DNA of 64,000 nucleotides from Chlorokybus atmophyticus (Eukaryota; Plantae; Mesostigma and Chlorokybus algae): NCBI GenBank assembly GCA_009103225.1, contig RHPI01000733.1, positions 102,523 to 166,522 of the forward strand, read 5' to 3'. Shown piece by piece: positions 63,878 to 64,000 of this stretch (position 1 is its first letter; each line of letters starts with the position of its first letter). The notes under the pieces were generated by a model. It saw only the letters and a program-made list of their open reading frames with translations, ran no database searches and was not told where the DNA came from. The position numbers and the translations under genes were made by a program.

Positions 63878-64000
63878 NGTTAATTAGTAGGCTGCCAATA
63901 CGCCTGTTGCACAAGAATGCGTGTGCGTGTGTTGCTTTTTGAATGTAAATATGTGTAGGATGTGGTAGCGTATCCGTGGATCAGTGGAATTGTAGTGGTA

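Overview
Eukaryotic nuclear DNA, most likely from a green-lineage alga. This is inference from a plant-type SufE-fused quinolinate synthase, ALF4, a plant-type ORP PH domain, spliceosomal introns full of CA/TG/CG microsatellites, and a SPEF1-like remnant that suggests flagella. Most of the supplied ORF track is microsatellite noise. Bases ~1-18 kb hold four apparently intact multi-exon genes: a double-domain cathepsin X/Z, a BNR/Asp-box sialidase-like protein, ALF4/glomulin and quinolinate synthase. From ~18.8 kb to ~60 kb nearly every recognisable gene is damaged (METTL22-like, SPEF1-like, an S53-like peptidase, an ORP PH fragment and a heparinase II/III-like gene) and is interleaved with mobile elements. 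The main highlight is a Ty3/Gypsy polyprotein at 25803-34916 with a C5 cytosine DNA methyltransferase between protease and RT, and a PHD finger after the integrase. A related gag-protease-only element lies on the opposite strand (49772-52441) and shares terminal motifs with it; neither shows a recognisable LTR pair. Also present are a 2289-bp tandem duplication bounded by (TA)n, a 554-bp TRIM-like element (LTRs, PBS, 5-bp TSD) inserted at the centre of one unit of a palindromic repeat array, and a ~1.2-kb (CT)n run ending at an N. Exon boundaries and family calls were made by eye from remembered motifs; no searches were run.
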